A stretch of DNA of 64,000 nucleotides, from the NCBI GenBank assembly GCA_016196885.1, contig JACPWU010000003.1, positions 21,633-85,632 on the forward strand. The letters are read 5' to 3'. The translations under genes were made by a program, and so were the position numbers. Within the stretch, counting starts at the first letter, position 1. Each line of letters begins with the position of its first letter. The stretch is from Chlamydiota bacterium. Its GTDB lineage: Bacteria; Auribacterota; JACPWU01. Shown here one piece after another: positions 53,301 to 55,590 of this stretch. The notes below the pieces were generated by a model that was not told the DNA's origin, did no database searches, and saw nothing but the letters and a program-made list of their open reading frames with translations.

Positions 53301-53407
53301 CCACCCTGGGGGGTACGCCTCCACTGATCCTCACAAATCGCCGAACACAGACTGAACGTATCCGAGATCAGGCTGGAACTGCTGGTTTACGTGGAAGGCA
53401 GTATTAA
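26318..53407 (+). CDS. Giant polytopic membrane protein (9029 aa): signal peptide, Tiki/TraB/GumN-like N-terminal module, coiled coils, a TolC/OEP-like helical region, more than 20 TM helices, and Gly-rich linkers
   Basis: 27-kb stop-free ORF. The N-terminal ~600 aa are paralogous to the start of giant gene 3, with near-identical DNA across 27292-27760 versus 56500-56960. TM clusters lie at ~28740-28960, 29940-30040, 43740-44700 and 47340-50030. Confidence 0.85.
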   Translation: MINSSPKRTRGFHLGLKCVSTLTLMAFFFTSVCETSLFAQEGLKVGSWKLEGKENKSPQVFSSNLKPPTSNLLSSVSIPSVRGDVLQRFQGKDDRLVIQLQDVHCHFEAQSNSAKIIKGLMDEHGSHGLHMVAVEAAGEPVDTSLLTSFPDPKLRKMFADYLMKIGKISGAEYLSIIQDKPLPLEGIENMWNYFRHVVQFNQGQVVKEKAEPILNKIQKAILELRKKVYSAEMRKFLNQSEAYEKGDMELGEYIKQLKVESSKLKEKDKNSLSSSNIQLSTSNIPSSSSYPNISLMLQMKKLEDKIDLKQVEKERVKLLEDLSHKLVKEEMVELMTKSLYYRLEKMDAWEYYEYLKTVVSRESLGVRGQNSTLEKTYPNLMKYIEMTEIFHEIKSDELLKECEKISEEVQDKLLKTKEEKALRQIEKDFIILRNFFELEMKKSEFQYYVENKERVSAENIVEGLEKLEGQGSRVKGQDNSPRSPLNLRGEEKQKQEREQVESSSPILKAGEKQRQVTFSPLSLRGDGGVTNDDITFLDSHLKSLEQFYRYSDNREEAMVQNTLRKMKENKSPIAILYAGGFHTDGLSKRLEQEGVSYVVVAPRITQFKLKTPYLSIIKNEPSKLEKMLMDLNKKEGSNLAAILISMKPEELEKIISDFQLADTDLVTVWIRDTIRLLRTDRTMALLILKTLMLKDQLKNLSALAHVGDKIQDLEKSWLNEFKRLSGENNFNSEEVEVIEFKLDRDVVVNGNTITLQVLISGKQSLTVTLNVHEGIEQMMNRIEDAFKPVALIPPASGEKGEVKKSGVPPWVKAVFSFFLVFLTKSLSAAPSVFVKAPLFDPGMDLVALHSHFAIWGSMWTYAAVIAIPLGLVFMFWALGKIKSRWVEARIRAIVEEVEQPQLLSETISSGTVSSRVHLFDFEFASDIPQSERERASAFFQDVLGDELQMWERNLLRQYPVLDSRELRFHVRFVNETPSEKWALKMEEGGLVVNLGAFLSAKGAKANLRSYFERLKVERERDLSGRRDLIALPQQVLKGDGRLFVDYSSGIRKVLVSQENAGSLWRLAGQIKGHPQRVVPLLDQLESQAVTAVLYDREGQPFSLLIYVPGFTDQVYDCPLIRDRTRYDELLSVYRSLSSIPSVEMVRRNDVSVEDVKDLLGDRDHVEFFVRWASKAAEKKRPSFWNVLRALALWMTKGERERFDEMLEKYFGTSWLGRLMAMGFCLFIGTAFSAIIIGCLGSPTKADAAYFDVSSHGGTLSAEVQKAPSQKGGDVESEGDIQADIERLEKGIQALNEENASATSGSGAKEEKAPPVEEVKKTEGGKKKAEPEWTKKKREEYERDLAKEREAFKKKAGAPHSENLTLQPTENLTDLKGKIQAIEEQKRLEELTIDTLEYLSAQLRVETLNQQAASLEQEIVALKDQLNQEEKLSPTDKESLQKRLHGKEEKFQTCQQSLQELNAEINAMRHDSKIEEGFKEKSDEELEKAMKGHLKEYFILHVRLQRYQAMMQDLLGTKKRDSGVQAQSSSSAKVQLIPSSQDLKPAQGSSPQSLRESIKYFIERGVKHFDEMSQDDDALAQYLYDQYRLKGRGELKGEVRIGWQNYYSYGTAGSDSYEAQSEEDVVATLFFDKTIDNAKKEQMKSAFWRLEAQHRMQLQGQYDAWAGIYQLTGEVLKAKANIEVQKKFETEAKSLVDQMQERFLKPREMDEAQGGDPRIFQTRYLNRWHEAQASRIQAEEAYETACLRLKGLSGMAVDDEIQIPGSLEEWSVFDIESLFKEISEELKNEGVNAKFMDQSVQISTALVNEAAFWKKELDENDVSLEMKLGAGLQGRWNMDTSGGFEWPFNPFVSGEFELKISLLDCVAKAQGRVGEVINQMAVLRMDEAKKGLYFKYLNAQAELEAAQRILKVLEKVLEVELKEMSVEPPVLQSDLELEWDRIGVSRNLEIARNEALARIASARLKMTGYRAQIPPEELKKVDALVDFDQLFGPDFGALNVSAFLKALATEWVGGEVTDLTSVPWEKIFPSDMAERMKGIKDYDHDLRIDANQDLLKKIIEKMNELIQQEDFLFRHPSIGSLSFDGSAMQFLNILIQDGVLNAQDYHPKQDLTPEEKFQIYTLNRLVLEEKYPEVFKVQLSFPIAAQKAVQGSGALRGQELEEQAHTARGKVAFNSRIPVVQGGLNVNFNLGTYGDPIGYRFDQGQPFIGDNPHAHLTLTGGTSLWLAATGPLPIFGKTSEQRAHVKAEKGWIQAREEEITNQLMEGLYNVFKNVALAQSDLQRLQKELAELRAFKELLERKHTEVPLTEEQYLSQAQKVWLRIMEKRIEINRMESTLEGYRIDVLSRMGDEHLKGQFLDWPKEPSEQRARMIQMGKEVASGIIPQSNLNLETAQVNVAREVLGNTSAAPTITWTVGAAAGPSFPELFRAEDQNEAWRVLPFLAGWVGIHGTLPQPGLKKAQVNAAQQKVFEEEGELERLKQEQTAEELLDWREYTRLEVQVDEISELLAEAKSLYQDIQEDLKIPGQWGKQYQPENLLRVMNLISMVEEEWTRVEWSLNGFKHVNLRKLGVDESNFEERKAQALARLEKGEVPQTGVASSSSQNLAQARSQTTLNPQGPHSLIQVAQRAILYHPNVESAYLKVQALEAKKKEAQAHKWPAVTLSGGARSDSPKLANERYPSIYNSGYAGYEPGIEGQKPEWPPKVQASGSATGNVRFWDDSEVREVEAELGAARADLMQAVLNAFYESVLLYYDLVFEMEKAKAYSQDSEHKYALARSMWLRERLLLASQIDTHEVGIEALTSLLRLSPSGMGQAQNRARSLLMIDFDLVPSEGLPDISSLVAQMHSVLSTGTGSTEIENLLKELCARDPKSVIFQALGEKERAAGQAVRRDRLGTWQLVFDSPDWRKGQVEAMLTWTKVFLDGGKKESAIQLHKRLEKKAKREAKEYERQQLLDVAQAFKEVLSQAGLLEVELEKIKVSEKQVELLMERLDVPSNDQANPHDLKTHASDVQDSFSKLLEAWTILRDVQVSSQTAVAEMERRFWTLKKTLALAQAHGSPDPERKRYLDEVQAFLDSTHVAEVSATAPVQVEPATKLSTELREGLKAQKALDKKLEEGTEEPRVPVSRPVELPSRVGVQRNQVPAFKSLVPEPPLEYQARDETLPEAKKENHRAEPKPEEPPKPNVGEEEHTFLNPEGWVWRSMRWCRGWKIGRSILNWLGEDEVVATLERLHLLENGQQLLRRQREIEVDDASRIKELKKKGTQAQERKAREELREIRTRLEEEREQIFEEHYGLFLHTVDYTQAHHDKLEERTKTEPYILWRSFIDLPMFPTYPDPIELKNVPWIVQKMRNAMSAGHFSGIDPRIITENGLKWVFNTYGQIRGRSPQDMNDYFDAWTLLGSHIDQKLASLRKELGLENSDEREWNDWLNGTFFPNGFASTFSGLLGIERSSALTDQELGNPHAGIRRLGYFSALSSLAVKMRHENPKDSMETMIGKMVAPGGDLDHSFDWMKTRALHFGQGTLSLQSDEKFIKDDLHYQESIFVDEFSQLKERKFAQAVIDHTDAARILYSVMYSSDFGIVDKNGSGLEHADLETLRRKLSMSDDYESQSFVLSIASVAMAHHISPEKMLDLAGKARRVMGPEIANIYASRLTREAFLTEPYFAQDAGKLRHLVRAQKFHKEKAQALLAQGDTAMAAENEKMAKEYRERAQIEEQALKKRLVRSLLMYWTNWAVEFLLEREKDPKVDPIEELKKFFRLLPQYQAVMSNDPMGLYPDRSFDIMNPRDSGVLVYWTKIGAIRGMEAQELRTLHHRMVSIGSMDVFRRVLKLFDIHAGNELDPENRDQMGAAMMYAVRANKWNWGDSDVIRYLENVEWILKNQEMKLTMIEQWYLGGEVEKAERMAAFFWKDMSSLEEVLTARAGRPDQEWRVSNDQLRMLWTAGHEKAQDIDLKYGKDYKKALLYSMVSLVDEFMVRWGVDQVSLVQLEQGVNRFLDRVKTEWKKAEISSDKLFWQRMNRQDVALAFVITLRRQGLSTENAFAHLQDLQRAVERSQSSLNYLESLLGSETSNQVREAVERGDRQALLLLKREIMDGSKVCIDPNVDRYLISLLQFISSEGAVHMDLMLDKMAEVLKAHRKSHLSLQTDLVPGLQIWQAEMSVYGWGELEKVFGKDILQQIQEAVRLDKPEDVAKITLSPDIRHRAEEAMVGSSRGRPVEQYIRYVLLILEIEKAPLTLPFHEVTFFGEDFFKRGASPTFILDYFKARTYLRSSYSLYHRAAGNFESLEPFIEEVDRENKTIMGSQKERRLFVQPLTPPEKLSPGEEGSYLYRFEMGLDSYFDMGNHDIQMSALIVRGEREMLWKFEEMRVKHIPELREQLAEARERGDEKLIEQLEKALEKWKEARIVPFTYREVKEFLEAIKKGEMDKHEIDLFFETALYFQTKLLDSGLVTLDYFNGVSYLVNHFWNEPGLFEWLMQYRTETKIVELWTQEPDKKDLGPEGNRWKIYSLLGRMIAQGTPSSELVERLVNLDLELSGKGVPNDRSKTRMKEGIEAFQILRDVMIEMLGPSLHNQEKKTAFRRLIEELLESPSSLGPSLENWLWGVLESRIGITEAQDWKLNKERLSQVRKDDEKTKADTADRANAIMRERPNLLMKTDLKKSDLRLLGMDPKTADEFWQYLTQSGFLEPNRELDGLLAGNVSQDLRIRLVADERLGGELEALRVGMSEEMREEMTRLLGSPLMQGLDDVLFSSVNAVEELLSAKIPEPLKRYLPVTLLSSMTALEKVKWIREEFLSDPATFELVMSRSVQVQPREPGMEHALEQLKTILLSKNASLKGIFEKHADAVGRIQGALRDAGPSSREYLEGLLALVLPDKLEQSHGKDVVNDNDPFKPLKPLQFTLKWERKLSPELRLHLGQLFEDLIRHREEFEIQPFTDENRSSIRQILGIASTDRNQAFEGLKAYCRDEAVITRALDRAVEGDIEGGLALLEPFAKEDWILRGVFRLKAEKADVQTAVAILDQLYPGFHIDPGYLETLETRMKEGYRASDIRHYLEHRERANALLLVMHNLDDEQVKRSLLRLEGRFPDNFSELFPEERKKFDDAVDGPLKTEITQLAYLVEAYRKLPYRGPRVQFKKTGILYPTYHPEVRVLMALPENELEAKLVQALQDSLGIRLTPEQLERLKMRDISNGDSGEVVNRILNFGNDTADVLRKLSYSNFGVDWRVKLMLSNLEGLDREMPDTVRDELNSALGEDVVHQIETALQMTRTSADSLHQSHISMSEPLRTELTGLLGAPLLDSMNVIFASETVSLGELGEGKGLEPLKPLLGETLVSSIQAVLLDHTIPDPQKITTLRNILSRDEHGATILRMVSLFPGDLAIPNTLDKLHEILPDLDNNSLTILVHLRTLLDPDYFNRLRVLVLADTTACDVIRYHRMDTKDPAYEYFRALRVIVDDKSRVDLLKEIVLDQKFSSPQEGKKISPPKLSEQARQWLSLTMLLTEGSYRPELYNLIRENPATVVSRMRGMILVDQASVDIMANAYVREGLSYHDARQLRDGCTILSEAILSKHKDLRIGSKAPELTEMVYYLSTVLQDSVWGQPVVPTPVVTPSMIREVVEEWFGTIKADLNLSEADYKALIDQVTKNALTPDGKKVRVAPHEIRLVVENARAIWTGAKFTGEEFFPDKPNPKAEKAWKLLRIYWEQENKGRPRTFGDVFIHALRSGKTNLLEYLPQEDLASRSLPQEEELEQYLERNAEILKSVGFGDLHISDIREHELKMNDAMEKVWTYLLKDDLEKKYGDKIETPKGSDEKIPKILLGMGAVGWGVGILANVKTSVKSGRISKILKGSAWLTGIAGRLLFRVACHFLIAFAAAYLFDLSFERGYLDSFLESLGDFFGFIPPKFETGSLPRIFYVLKFMSLNVYKNGLPLLAILVSFFSIYAGGLVAHGLFDRKNQLKNRTRKIVHTAIEILLPVGVFWGLVFTESFGPIGPAFEALGHLVTLTLIFILTLYHTGAIRKLILETLPHYLKVYLKALFLKENMDREKEHALAPLRMNLYMIPHRFVMLIFAIFYGVLITMHVSSSPWLTALVTAMVSLLFWSNAYVSVTGVGDVIIAPRTLNEHPWIKNHGIMPMKYHSALFVPFIASSKTDARDVLMLVHRSFLENVKMCEVTKDDHGTYTIQHFDGTKDPDVPIEFFNQKLRERIQGLSRGGEDFIKIPDPRDQLKVIINSQVKDKEVMQLEIELIKKFQEELGDDRFIWIHRNMDDPFLRKPGTMYDALAGLLLKYFRPAVYTGSVIDKREKIIRTDKESGKKVELLRYDPSDRYGLRERRVFKVEGMKISDDADFSFHMYFYGDDPENPLFEIEEGALYEIQYREEGDRTIRERVHLAHEHEYEISDLDLNHVSIMSRETGKPFKDSRGRVLTPRPLRFSMDSILEYKDSEDRAVKLSIDPEGNTLCLEDYTDPRTNIFYPRGSIYSRAGTHELDFTYHLYKVDWKTDKATLVRDEENKPLRVDIVKRTYTANENHVDLQFLNDFKDTEPAVFLRVGDLTTPKGELPKYKGQELTSKNFEYSGDVLEEGKIITTKIIGSKQFRLRAARDQNGNLIPENEVEILYFDLVPVDGENAKPEIRAVRIATPEDLLHRTRKGDLISGGKINEEVEKKQAVLIKEDGSLEFGENFLGNALKKGLWKTTYGNGFFLKDRKGNLVQDPNQEGRPFIQGQFFGEGDWRRQNPLLPIWKVNPDLIGGFQESGVLTAKEARQMSEKNTVLGDVHSLHMGKRGDEKHYLISRLKEGGAPTPGRQVRGGFLVNEADDYFEVTRENLSEATRKGNDTGGARKGALVHKRIELKNGRWIEVWSVVAEQARDFDLLKPVEDKDTMILREKGKPPILGKKGKEGSGLFYLHNAQTGQVVLDLAGHKVEADHAVEIFHQPDGDNEFLIGTVHYVGSRQALEREFDNDYSIFQEELPFDLGSWGRAHYPTTQTIAQNKLFYPLALMWRLAGKTAFFGKGSHTGSTFLRRIILMEATKAIQRSHDHTEAGAGGSALIEAVEAGRPRRGVAWAYRIVFLGIGLLASAFAPSYISKPVWIIFLLMVNPWWLKNEFKHKGKQMEEAHSSYTFSKARLQEWRVGDNKIQHIKNLYYRAFVYFIRSYTQPRNFPKAIKTLFQAFKETPTLIEKFITWMNFMGIQNDPTFAGWLGLLFFTVFKPGMRELAFPWLSDLLFISAMMLLISVTYQIRPVLRRIFREPSPNMRVWLLRTGRNLLAFVIPIIIAVLVGDFVSTEWTGLTQDLFDGLSHFFRMSYSLTVGQGNRFLSINPWIHIFNSVPYVLTMVLGWGFTSVGRDIVREFYRGMYLVFCSTLVLIRNLWNVTEAGIVALKSHVRSIPAKWTTGSVIEGFMMDNLIKTTDFFKNGLPLFLIGSGPVVLTVLGIIQPTYLGTSYTIIIFSLMLGWLADKWTTDYGMKRFYRFPQMGVAEDRIQELVFSLEEFNLRYKNSDKDEYAFRRRIRQIGGPVLVFSKDKGYELGERDLARLYLSKNYFLAEQELQEIFPLLYIQDNLLDQNINRILKRINKRREGHVELLQKEVLEAILNILRGKENEIKETDLRPFLEYLGEIYDLNHRDVERLYAWCAMNFEKFNRRIVSTFFTWPYEPELRKWLKDRKEKKSWQTIEGKTLDQKLEIFAERFLFKPGVFAGHTRFWQYPLAQDGPWWAYLLVFSAVFVPAWLFFCAYLGFFSFIVPLSFALLATLGMLGSGQYLALSIKSLAHPEARKHQVSLPRYLLQTIFKKLMFWKSGSENVMTTLFYSVLALLKIAAIGLLFNFSHVSAIILFVAGTIAIMSWAMKRSHKILFAVFGTVFTFGLFAEFLLMVEISVGATLFLSALPTLPLVFAAIALYLLYHILNYYLARTDEFWKSAEDEKRMDAIVQSGLGLREELEPGFQEGNNFRTTNPDTQLLIDLGILEGVTSWNRQGGGGSDSEPSDVPPAPWAPPLGEVEGGRPRVEGKSHEREVVDSGVQAPALSPVRPMTYEKSAGINVPHIMTLDEIRKAIAQIPRDSYPGLGLAAYADGLFVYLEVRPSVRGEGWEIPDVVEFFVEDERVYFATSWKGSVLYFYCSNQVDEGGDLLPAAPIERDAFEAARARSQGQAPSIEEGGSPAPTALPASSGPTNQVATGEGSESVSSELTPPAPPKNGESISAGNLLPDQGTENPSLDLKAENPPLGVRGDGGVSALASELAHTSSVAQPSRVEYLSPGCDVSALIASDEAYVSREGFRHEDLALPLEEAIKHALKSVVGESNFIFGKETYFISYGGINFVVNDGLGNSLQARRFYRVTRIKTLETIHFLDVAPRLIREHHLYGDPKTSYRVEPAQIIEMFYPSEFDLGGGGDEGGDGSLESNEDFEGESSLAPLEAEDLVMEAWGHWGEFGSLNRSPEGTVQRMGRIQHDMTFARGFLARAEGASDVSKSLVLLNNAEVLLNSAWESISEADQLGLDLDLQLGVDVLNELLRLEKIREKISGGEASSKLNGHKTVTPPAPLTPRGGKTVDLRAGKAADLRGGGTADQGSLNFSRTLSMDPTILLVLSQIFYGFVWVSLGVLLLAGLIGWYVGSHSQNESPSLKKMAGIAILILGLFGIAISASSDLSNQPLAALLPQQTSDLQVIASKTETPRVDGPVIEEKRDELKLVEIAPPLKFVEQQTYTCYLIASPSDETEEGDEDDEELDEMTPVEAVADDGSEPDYFDIDYYARGASSYTISYRSHMFGVFPYEISGKGDAEDENIEDQEKVIPDFMTPPPEIIEMIIQTFVREAKGNGLDDAAFKEEAEKLARALLRPDVTPQDIEAAADAMIAFVAEDGVESSAQGASLDESALRKMKEDILPILFYMADLPYAESLIFSVSDDGLSPELLRRMNVSKEMLRKEVVVDLGGSVTIDLTPISPNLFSIVLKEIMSANSEWMKTGVLPIHIATSSTLPEGLELVAIFDRDRNKIKVFPMTTLGGTPPLILTNRRTQTERIRDQAGTAGLRGRQY
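26600..28130 (+). other. Tiki/TraB/PrgY/GumN-like module shared by giant proteins 2 and 3
   Basis: QDVHCHFEAQ early in the module and ILYAGGFHTDGLSKRLEQEGVSYVVV near the end resemble the TraB/GumN GxxH and GAGHL.G..GL...L...GY.V motifs. An inserted coiled-coil / low-complexity segment separates the two halves. The equivalent module in giant 3 spans about 55880-57340. Confidence 0.35.
31100..35200 (+). other. TolC / outer-membrane-efflux-protein (OEP)-like helical repeat region inside giant protein 2
   Basis: Segments such as AILYHPNVESAYLKVQALEAKKKEAQAHKWPAVTLSGGARSD, VREVEAELGAARADLMQAVLNAFYESVLLYYDLVFEMEKAKAY and VQGGLNVNFNLGTYGD...QSDLQRLQKELAELRAF have the OEP-family pattern of (N)P.L..A...V.AA.A.V..A....P.LSLSG plus heptad helices. 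Confidence 0.4.
53325..53401 (+). repeat. 77-bp 3'-terminal segment of giant gene 2, repeated at 54070-54146 (75/77 identical) and in degenerate form at ~55146-55176
   Basis: tgatcctcacaaatcgccgaacacagactgaacgtatccgagatcaggctggaactgctggtttacgtggaaggcag versus the same sequence with two substitutions. The copies bracket the DUF433/DUF5615 TA pair, and the degenerate copy follows the MNT/HEPN pair. Confidence 0.85.
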
Positions 53408-53419
53408 GATTCTTCAAAA

Positions 53420-53430
53420 TGTGTTACAAT
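53420..53430 (+). promoter_or_regulatory. TGTGTTACAAT extended -10-like motif upstream of the DUF433-DUF5615 operon
   Basis: Identical 11-mer to 15141-15151, followed by a GAGGAGAGGAGAG Shine-Dalgarno and ATG 53461. Confidence 0.4.
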
Positions 53431-53460
53431 TGCCTCGTTATTTTGAGGAGAGGAGAGTCT

Positions 53461-53685
53461 ATGAATCCCTGTATAGAAATTAATCCACGCGTTTGCAGTG
53501 GGAAGCCAGTTATTTCGGGAACGAGAATTCCTATCACGGTCATTTTAGATCAACTGGCGGAGGGTCTTTCTCTTCAAGCACTTCTAACAAAATATCCTGA
53601 ACTTTCTTTGGAACAAGTGACGGGTGTTTTACGCTATTGTCATTCTGTTATAGAGCATACAGAACTAGAGAGGGAAATCATTTGA
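53461..53685 (+). CDS. DUF433-family small protein (antitoxin-like partner of DUF5615)
   Basis: MNPCIEINPRVCSGKPVISGTRIPITVILDQLAEGLSLQALLTKYPELSLEQV is the DUF433 pattern. The start is set at the internal ATG with a strong SD; the ORF-track start at 53419 overlaps the promoter motif. Confidence 0.65.
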   Translation: MNPCIEINPRVCSGKPVISGTRIPITVILDQLAEGLSLQALLTKYPELSLEQVTGVLRYCHSVIEHTELEREII

Positions 53686-54056
53686 AGTCTTTGCATTTAT
53701 TGTTGGATCAAATGATAGATTCAAATGTTGCAAACGAACTTTCTCAAGAGGGGTATGATGTCCTAAGAGTGTCTCAAGTCGGTATGGCGAGATCAGATGA
53801 TGAAGAGATTTTCAGTCTTGCCATTAGAGACAAGAGAATTTTGATCACATTGGATGAGCATTTTGGAGATTGGGCGGTCCTTCCTTTGAACCAAATACAT
53901 TCAGGAGTGATTCGAGTGAGGGTTAAGCCTACTTCTGGACGTGCGATTGCTTCTCTCTTAATTCCTTTTTTAGATAAACACAAACAAAAAAGTTTTAACA
54001 ATTATCTTGTTATTATTGGGGTTTCAGGTTCTCGCTGGGTTAAAACTGTTGCCTAA
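53682..54056 (+). CDS. DUF5615-family PIN-like (Mut7-C-type) putative toxin
   Basis: LKSLHLLLDQMIDSNVANELSQEGYDVLRV...ILITLDEHFGD. TTG start overlaps the DUF433 stop (aTTTGA). The ORF-track start at 53637 lies in a different upstream context. Confidence 0.55.
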   Translation: MKSLHLLLDQMIDSNVANELSQEGYDVLRVSQVGMARSDDEEIFSLAIRDKRILITLDEHFGDWAVLPLNQIHSGVIRVRVKPTSGRAIASLLIPFLDKHKQKSFNNYLVIIGVSGSRWVKTVA

Positions 54057-54228
54057 CGGCTCAAGCATTTGATCCCCACAAATCGCCGAACACCGACTGA
54101 ACGTATCCGAGATCAGGCTGGAACTGCTGGTTTACGTGGAAGGCAGATGTAAACTGTGATAGAATGTTAAGAGTAGCCAGGGAAAAGGCCATTCTGAAGA
54201 TTCTACAATATTCTGTGAGGATGATGCG

Positions 54229-54558
54229 ATGTTTCTGAGTCCGCAAGAACGCTCTGCGTTGCAAGATTTCAAAAAAGTTTTACTAGAACGCTTCCGTTCG
54301 CAAGTGAGCGAAATATTTCTTTTTGGTTCCAAGGCGCGTGGCGATTCGAAAAGTGATTCGGACATTGATGTTTTGGTGATCACCCAGCAAGATGACTGGA
54401 AACTCAAGGATAAAATAGGACGACTTGCAACGGATATTCTTCTCGACGAAGGTATTTATTTGTCTATTAAAGTATTAGGGCAAAAACATTATCAATACAT
54501 GAAATGGTTGGAGGCGCCGTTTATTAAGAATGTTTTAAAAGAGGGTATTCTTGTGTGA
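54229..54558 (+). CDS. Minimal nucleotidyltransferase (MNT) antitoxin, paralogue of 14675-14992
   Basis: IFLFGSKARGDSKSDSDIDVLVI is the NTase signature. Overlaps the downstream HEPN gene by 4 nt. Confidence 0.75.
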   Translation: MFLSPQERSALQDFKKVLLERFRSQVSEIFLFGSKARGDSKSDSDIDVLVITQQDDWKLKDKIGRLATDILLDEGIYLSIKVLGQKHYQYMKWLEAPFIKNVLKEGILV

Positions 54559-54968
54559 ATATTGATGAAAAAATTCTCGAATATATTCGAGAGGAAATGA
54601 AAAAAGCAGATCGTGCCTTGAAATCGGCTCAAAAACTTTTGTCGGAGTCCCTGACTGAGGATGCTGTTTCCCGTGCTTACTATGCAGTGTTTCATGGTGC
54701 TCGTTCGGCACTGATGTTGAAAGGAATTGAAACGGGTTCCCATAAAGGTTTAATCAGTCAGTTTGCAATGCATTTGGTGAAGCCAGGTTTGATAGAGGTT
54801 GAATATAGCGATATTTTGAGGCAGGAAAAAGAGGATCGAGAAACAGGAGATTACGAGACTTTTGTCACCTTCAGCAGTGAAGAAGCTATGAAGTTGGTGA
54901 ACGATGCTCAAAAATTTGTCTTGCGAATACGAAAATTTCTGCAGGACCAGTCTGGAATTGTCCTTTAG
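54555..54968 (+). CDS. HEPN-domain protein, paralogue of 14281-14682
   Basis: AVSRAYYAVFHGARSALMLKGIETGSHKGLISQF...RETGDYE aligns with the minus-strand HEPN protein. GTG start. Confidence 0.7.
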   Translation: MNIDEKILEYIREEMKKADRALKSAQKLLSESLTEDAVSRAYYAVFHGARSALMLKGIETGSHKGLISQFAMHLVKPGLIEVEYSDILRQEKEDRETGDYETFVTFSSEEAMKLVNDAQKFVLRIRKFLQDQSGIVL

Positions 54969-55032
54969 GGATAAAGATGGAAAATTTTTATAGGCATATG
55001 CACTTGGCTCCAGTATTCTTGATCCCTCAAGC

Positions 55033-55088
55033 GTAGTCGCCCGATTTATCGGGCAATCCATGTATGGCCCCATAAATGGGGCGACTAC
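55033..55088. repeat. GTAGTCGCC-family palindromic element (A orientation, short spacer)
   Basis: GTAGTCGCCCGATTTATCGGGCAATCCATGTATGGCCCCATAAATGGGGCGACTAC. Confidence 0.8.
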
Positions 55089-55590
55089 AAATGGACGACA
55101 CTTTTCCCCAATCTTTTCTCGATTTGCCCAACGGCAACGGGTCGAATCCGAGAACAAGCGGGGACTGCTGGTTTACATCTCTCCATTTTAATCTCTTTAA
55201 TCCTCCTCCTTTAAGCCAGATTTTACAATAGACGCGAGAACTCAAGAGCAAGAGCTTGAGCCAGACAGGCCTTTGCAGTCCCTGTGGGATTGGCCTGAAG
55301 AAAGCGCAGGTATGCATAAAAAGATGCCTGTCGAGCATTTCTGAAGGCCAAGTACCCCAAGATGTTGCGTCGAATTCCGCGGCCTATTGCAAAATCTGGG
55401 TTTAAAGACGAGATCCTTCGTCGCAAAAGAGCTCCTCAGGATGACAAATGAGGGAGGTTCTAGAACGGATCTTATTTTTAACTTTCTCTCCTAGAGTAAC
55501 TTAAATTATTAAAAACTCCTCATTTTTCTTTTGACCTTCTGGCCCTTTCAGATGTCTTTAATGTTGAAAGCTGTTATAGCAAGGTACCTT

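Noticed and set aside
54061-54407. Minus-strand ORFs 54061-54264 and 54132-54407 between the TA pairs
   Set aside because: They overlap the duplicated 77-bp gene-end repeat and the MNT gene start on the opposite strand, with no RBS or homology signal.
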